Shown one piece after another: positions 57,425 through 64,000 of a DNA stretch of 64,000 bases. Made by a program: the position numbers and the translations under genes. This DNA is from Halocafeteria seosinensis. Taxonomy: Eukaryota. The stretch covers positions 62,001-126,000 of the forward strand of contig LVLI01000176.1 in NCBI GenBank assembly GCA_001687465.1, read 5' to 3'. The notes beneath the pieces were generated by a model. The model was not told the DNA's origin. It made no database searches and saw only the letters and a list, made by a program, of their open reading frames with translations. Position 1 is the stretch's first letter, and each line of letters begins with the position of its first letter.

Positions 57425-60400
57425 ATGGAGGCTAATATTGAGGACCAAGCCCTATCGTACGTCCCATTTCCTCATACGAAAGGATTTATTTTTCATGTAG
57501 CGTAACTGTGTGGTATTTGGTGTGGATGATACAGCGTGTGCAAGGAGCTCTTCAGCCGAGGACCTGTCTCAGAGAGACCTCAGCATCCGGCAGAGGATAA
57601 TATACGCGGTATTTTGTGCACAAAACAATGGAAGGTAGGTGAAACTTGCTCAAGAATATGTTCTAGCATGAGTACTGACCTGTGTGTTGGGGTTCGCAGA
57701 ATCTAATGGAACTGCATGCTCAAGATGCCAACTGCACAAGCCAACTCAGTGGCCATCAAGCAACGATGCTCACTCAAGAAATCGAGTATACACTGGAAAT
57801 GGCCACGAAGCACCATTTATCAGAATCATCCGAAACTCAACTGTCCGGCGAAGGTAATGTCGACGGAACTGCCGGCAATGGAGCGACGACTCTGGAAGAA
57901 AGTGATGCGGGACTGGGAGTGATTGACTTTATCGGCACAATATTTAAGCATTTATGTCCGTTTTCGGAATCTCTCGAATACTCTACCCTTATACCACAGC
58001 GTTCATTCCTTTCCAAGGTTCAGCCGAAACGCTTGCTCCAATTTGTGGGACGAACGCTTGAGCAGTTTGTCGCAGCTTCGGCCGTAGTGACAGAAGTAGC
58101 TGCACTCAGGGCATCGTGGTATAATTTGCTGGATAATGCTCTGAATGTCATTCCCTGCTATGTGATACGTCGGTCTACGTTGAAAGCACTATTGAAGGAT
58201 GCTTGCGACATACTGCTGTCACCCTCGATGACTGGTTACGCCCTGCTCACCGAGCTACCCGAATCTTCCGATACGAAACAGACTCTGCTCCGGCTACTTA
58301 AGCAGTGCTTCTTTAACAGCGAGGTGTTACCAAGTTTCGGAGCATCGTTGGAACTGTTTGAAGGCATTCAGTCTGCTGGTACACAATCTGAACCGCCTAA
58401 GAAGAAGCGAAAAATGTCAAAAAGGTCAGCCAAGTCTTTGGAGGAAACGAAGACATTGGACGTTGTATCAACCGTGGCGAAGACATTTTTCACGAAGTTG
58501 GGGAAAATTTTAGAAGATGAAGACACTCCCAACAAATCATTTGAAATAGGTTTCCCTCTTCTAACAGCTCTCTATGTGCACGAGTTACGGGAAATGGGAA
58601 GCATTCCCCAGGAGGAGTTTCGAAAGTGCAGCAACGGTTTTGCTGGAGAGCTCTGTCTAATACTACAGAGGCACCTTAAACACTTCCAGACAGACAGCTG
58701 CGTACAGCGGCGTGTCAGCAGCTACTGCAGCACTATGCGAACATTGCGGAATATATTTTCAGTTTACAAGGAGAAGCACTTGTTTCTCGATGGCAACCAG
58801 GTCTTACATCCTGAATTTCTTCGAGGTCTTCTCGAGAATGCCACTACGTGCAATGAGCATCTCGAACAGCTCTTAGAAGACGTACCGACGCCCGAAGACT
58901 ACATCGAGATAGGACATTCCATGGTATCGCTATTTTGTACTGCCAATGATTTCAACGCAGATTTCTTATTGGGGACACATAGCATGTTTCTGGAGCGCAT
59001 TGTCAAAGTGTTTGCCGGTAATGAAAAAATCTCCGGCTCCGTGTTTCACGAAATCTCTGAAGCATTACAGTCCTCTGTTGACGTCCACTCAGTCACCCGG
59101 AGTTTACCTAATTTTCCAGAACTTCTTCACGACAGCTGCGTTCGGATATACAGCAGGAGTGGGGCTCGTGGTGTAAAGGTATTTTGTGACACTATTGGAA
59201 ATCTATCATTTGGAAAGACTATTTATATGGCATTCTGCAACGCACCTACTGGACAGCATAAATCTATATGGAGCGGCTTCCATTCATGCGTAAAGCGTAT
59301 TCTTGAGGCACCTCGGATAGAAGATGATGATTTCAAAGCAGAAACTCTCTTTTTGCATATTTCTCTGCTCTGTGATGTTATGCGCTCCTCTATGACCTCG
59401 AAGAAATCGCTGGGGCCGATCAAGGACTTGATGCTCAGCGGCTCCAAGGAAATACTGGTGCCTCTAGAGTCCCTAATTGCGCGTATGGAAACACGTCGAC
59501 TGCGCCTCCTTCTTACCTGCTGCTATCAAATGTTTTATGTAAATTTCGTCATGACTTGCAGTGCCATCGGCATGGTAGATTCCCTCGTGGGGCAGACGGT
59601 ACTTGGGTCAGTTTCCGAACCCGTCACTACGTCAATCCAGCTGGATGCCTCTTATGACTATGCAGAAGGAGACGAACATTTGCGTATGAAAATCTATCGT
59701 ACGATGCTGTTGTCTCACCAGTGCCGCCATAAGGTGTCGTTACACAAGTTACCACTTCAGTCGGCGGAAAGAAGTTTGCAGTTCACTTCAACTAAGCATT
59801 ACGAGGGAGTACATCAACTTGCAACTCCAGTGTGGCAGGTTAATGGCGCTACTAGCGAGTTTGCGCAAAAGTTCACGCTATCTCCCGGGGCTCAGATGGT
59901 TGATTCCGCTGTATCAGACAGCTTGAGCGGTCCAGCCCTTTCACTGACACTCCTACGAACATTTCAGGAGCTCTGGCTAGCGTGCCGACCGAAGCGGTTG
60001 TCGGAGCTTGATAAGACTATCAAAGAGCTCAACCTAGACTCGTGTAAAACTCAAACCAGGCACATACTCTATGGAATCTTTCAGTCCGGTGTGGAAAAGA
60101 GGCCGCCTGAGAACAAGGACTCCGCTGTGTCTAGAATACCGACATTGGAGCTAGTTGACACATACCCTTCAATATGCATTGATGGGTATATTGCAGTCTA
60201 CTTTTATATTCTGTTTGGGGCCATTTGGTTGGTAAGCAGATCGCGAGTTGGGTTCCAGAAAGCGTGGGGATATCTGAATTGGTTATACCCAAACGTTATT
60301 CGGTGTGAATTTGTATCGTTTGACGATTCAGGATTCCCAGCATTCCGTGACTGCTTCAAGCATGTTGCTAGACGCTACACGTACATCGATGAATTCGATA

Positions 60401-61734
60401 TCACCCCCAAGGCTGCCGAAGTGGCCCTTCTCTGTTCTACCTTATGCTCTAGACGTGACAAAAAGCGGTCTCCGACGGTCGAGCTCACCGAAGCAGTGTC
60501 GATAGATGCTTCCCTTGGACATGAGCATTTCAATGGCATGCTTCGCCTTATTGCTCAGAGGAAGTTTATTCCGTCCGTGGAAGGATCGCAACAGTTAATG
60601 GATTCACTTTTGCAGCGCGGGACAGGAGCATGGGAGACTCCGCTGGACAATACTGTCTTAGCAATTGGCGATTTTGCGTCTTCGATGCCTCTTCCGGATG
60701 ATCTTCACTCTGTCTCACCGCTCAACTTGCCCTTGGTTCTAGTTGTCAGTGGCCAAAGGAAAGAGTTGACGGAAGCACTGGCTTCTTCAGTTATTTCGCG
60801 AACGGCGATATTATTTGACTATGAAAATGGTATGGAGTGCTTGTACCGCTCTCTTGCCTCTGTTACTCGTCTTTGCGAAGTTGGAGATGAGGAAGTTCTT
60901 GGTCCACTTTGCAAAGCTATAAAAAGTTATATAGGTAAGGGTCCTTCGAAAACAAATGCAGGCAATTTTCAATTTATTTGCACTCTTCGATACCTTCGTG
61001 CATTCTTGTCTGGAATTGCTTCTTTACGGGAAATTACTGCTGTAGTGATAGCCAACCTGCATGAATCTTTCGAGCACCTCTACAGGATCTGCAACTCTGC
61101 AATACTGTCGCGAAAATTTATGAACCCAGAAGGCTCTCCTCTAGTCATTGAGTGTTTCCTGACTTGCTCGGCGATGGTAAAATCTACTCACGTTAATGTC
61201 GACAGCAGAAACGTAACAGCTCTCATATCTTCAACAGAGGTATCCATTGATTCGGCTTTAGGCTCCGGGGCAATACAAGGCATCATTGCAGCAGCTTGCC
61301 ATCTTGTGTACGCATTGTTGAGATACAGGAGCAACATCTGTGCAAACTTGGCTCCAATCTTATTCGACCGTTTGCGCAAGCTAATGTACGGTGTTCTTCG
61401 ATCCACGGAAGTCCTCAGTCTTAAAGAGGCCACCGATCTGGCCCAGCATTGGAACAGACTTTGCGATGAATGTGTGAGATCTCTTGGAACCAACTCGACG
61501 CGCCAGTATGCGGTCGGGATATTGGGAGCGTTGTTGAAACAACACGGGCTCTCAGTTTCTAGCCCCGTTGACAAGACCTTGTACGATGGGGCTTTCTTCA
61601 TTTGTGATACGCTTACCGATCGGGAATGGGAGGAGCTGTATGCCAACTTACAGAAATCTCAGGGTGCCGTGGCCAATTTGAAAGAGCTGAAAAAATCCTA
61701 CGATAAGGAACACAAGTTTACGGGAAAGATTTGA
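57425..61734 (+). CDS. URB2: Urb2/Npa2-like nucleolar pre-60S assembly factor; short 5' exons plus one large exon
   Basis: C-terminus LYDGAFFICDTL...LKELKKSYDKEHKFTGKI is typical of the Urb2 domain. NLS PKKKRK. Confidence 0.75.
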
Positions 61735-62348
61735 ATCCCTCCTCAGTTTGCTTTCAATTGCAGAATCCACTTGTGTTTGTGGCTGCTTCAGACTCCGCCA
61801 CTGGCCTTACTCTAAGGAGTAACGGGGACTACAAGAAGAACGCTATTCCATAAACTGTATGGGATTTGGAGATAAGATATTGACGCACGTATGCATGACA
61901 GCCGCTTCGAAGGAGATGAACTTGGGAACACGTTGAGTCATGCCTGGGCGTCTGAATACTTTGCGTTCCCAAAACAAAGCACGTCGCTATCCAATAGTAC
62001 TTACAGAGTACTTACGCTTCGTGCGCGGTTGCGGTGGTAGTGGTGGTGGGTTGTCCGGGAATCGTCAGCTCTCATTTCCCTTGAGATGGCTCCCGCATGC
62101 CCTTAACCTGTGCTGAAAAGGAGAAATAGTTACGCGTCTTACATTTTCCGCACTTAATGGTTACACTCAATCCAATCGCGTCGGCGTTCAAGAATTTACT
62201 GTTTCCCTTTACTTACAACTTTTGCAGCTTGAAAACAATGGACAATAACTGTTGCCCGCCACGGTGAATTTTTTACCAGTGCAGGTTCCAAGGAAGTCTT
62301 TGATGATAAAAGAATTGAGCATTGACTTATTCCATCTATTGCATCGCC

Positions 62349-62608
62349 AATGCGCAGGAGACTATCGACCGGTAAACTCTGGGTATTCTCTCACACCCAA
62401 CCCGGGGTAACTGGCTTCCTGTGTCGACGGAGTTGCTTCGGTCCCCTCGGTCGCAATGCGACCGCCACCCGGGAACTTCGAAAAAACTGAAACAAGCGGG
62501 TTTAACACCACTATAGTCGGTAATTCCCGTAAGTTTTGGTTCGTTCATAGAGACAATTTCCTGCCGCATTCAACCAAACTGGTTTCGCTTCCTAGTGGTG
62601 GGAAGCGA
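62349..62608. ncRNA. Candidate structured non-coding RNA, family unassigned
   Basis: A long closing helix (62349-62366 with 62552-62570) encloses several nested helices, and a further hairpin lies at 62585-62608. No convincing protein is encoded. Confidence 0.4.
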
Positions 62609-62835
62609 GTGTATAGCACCTGAGTGAAAGTGTTTGACGGAGGTTACTGGCCGTGAGCATTGAAGTAGCAACTGCATTAGGTATTCAGAGGTGTATAAAC
62701 TATTCCAGTGTCCACGGACTCGAAACTTGCATCCGATTGGATACACGCACTGATTGCTGGGGGTGCTTGGATCATCTTGTGGGCTAAGTGTTTTAGCCTT
62801 CTTAAGTTGAAGCCGGAGCATCTATTTGCTACAAG

Positions 62836-64000
62836 ATGTCCAGATATTCACCAGGTGCTGAAGGGCATGAGGAGGACCGTGATTTAGGGGATTTGACGCG
62901 ACAAGTTTCCACAGATGAATACGAGTACGATGAAACGGGAATCGGGGAATATGAAGGGAAAGCTCAAGTTGAGGTCAACGACCTCTACGCTCAAGACAGC
63001 ACCGCTGAATATATGGATGACGGAAAGGAGGCAGGGCATCGAAAGCAACCAACGTACGCGAAAACGCCAGGAGGAAAGGAAATGGTCAACAAGAAAGGCG
63101 CTCGGCGAAAGTTTCCGCTAGATTGCGGAAGGCCTGGCCAAAAGCCGCACTTAAGTTATAGTTTGGTACGGTTGAATGGTTGCAGTAAACCAGTGCATTC
63201 TTGTTCACTTGGACACTGCATATCTATCGTTCCCTTTCCAGGCTCTATTCGAGAAACAAAAGACACATCCAAGAAAGCCAGTGAAAACTGACGCAAAGGG
63301 AAAGGTGACCGAATACGAGCCCTTCAAAATGTTCTCGACGGACACGGGGACCCACTTGTTCTGTTGTGGAAACACTACCTCCGAGTTCATCAGATGTAGG
63401 TTTTGCCTAATTAATGAATCCCTAATTTATTGTCTTCCACTATGGAAAGGCTATTGATACAGATGGGGTGGGGATATCTCTTTATTTTAAGTTCCTCAAG
63501 TACATGATGTTCGTAATGGTAGGTGCTACGCTCGCCCATCCTCTTCGTATACAGAGACAACGAGGGTTATGGCTTCTCGCAGTTCCTGTTGTCGGTTGTT
63601 TTGGTTCCGAACATGATTGCGTTCTACTTTGGTGGGAGCTTTCAGGAGGAGGTGGTCACCCAGTTGGATGCGTAAGTACTTGCTAAGGCTTCTAGATAAA
63701 TGAAATCGGCGCTTATCCTTGAGTTGTTTCATGTCAGGTTTTCTCTTTTTACTGCCGGTAACCTTGGAAGAGGGGTTACTGTATGTAAGGAAGCAATTGA
63801 TGGCGAAACAATTGACATATCCTGTGGTGAGGGAACAAAGGTCGCCCGAGTGGAAGCATTTTATGGTTTGCCTACGGGGCATTGTGACTGTCCTACTGAG
63901 CGTCGACCTACACCGGAATGCCCAGGACGTCCGGACGGTTCCGGATGCTCCCCGGAAGGCTCGTTTTGTCATTTGGAAGAACAGAGAGAAATAAGATTTC
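62836..64000 (+). CDS. 5' part of an OSCA/TMEM63/TMC-like membrane channel gene, multi-exon, probably running off the window
   Basis: Acidic N-terminus, then GVGISLYFKFLKYMMFVM and FLLSVVLVPNMIAFYFGG, the first-TM signature seen in protist CSC1/TMC-like proteins. Confidence 0.55.

Noticed and set aside
62400..62530. Cobalamin or TPP riboswitch reading of the structured segment (GGGAA, AAGCCAG, GGGUG..GAGA..AUACCC words)
   Set aside because: The required stems and motifs (GGUG-AA-UCC and GCCACUG for B12; CUGAGA..GAACCUGAU for TPP) are absent.
1..64000. CRISPR arrays, rRNA, tRNA, spliceosomal snRNA
   Set aside because: No regularly spaced direct repeats and no recognisable conserved cores were seen by eye. 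The DNA is eukaryotic and mostly protein-coding.

Overview
Gene-dense eukaryotic nuclear DNA from a compact protist-like genome. It uses the standard code, has short GT-AG introns of about 60-120 nt (often with a CTAA[C/T] branch motif) and has tiny intergenic gaps. A heterotrophic stramenopile-type host is my guess only. About 25 spliced or single-exon genes are present: a VPS9/ANKRD27-like GEF, an ELM2-SANT protein, a Lines-like protein, LipB, a 2741-aa coiled coil, a ZUP1-like deubiquitinase, EIPR1, a TBC1D24-like protein, an ICME-like esterase, a LIG6-like DNA ligase, a GT77-like transferase, a WW-WW-MyTH4-FERM protein, a secreted pseudo-JmjC-FN3-PA protein, a CCNDBP1-like protein, a glyoxalase-like protein, PGP, URB2 and an OSCA/TMC-like channel start. 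Three accessory islands interrupt these genes: a decayed LRR gene (~7.5-8.7 kb), a nested transposon cluster (17.7-20.5 kb: CRE-type retrotransposon endonuclease, Tc1/IS630 transposase and a 126-bp inverted duplication), and a fragment-rich zone (24-26.8 kb) holding an orphan CtlX-like amidinotransferase piece. The most intriguing unexplained signal is a ~260-nt multi-helix foldable segment at 62.35-62.61 kb, a candidate structured ncRNA. All calls come from reading motifs by eye; no searches were run.
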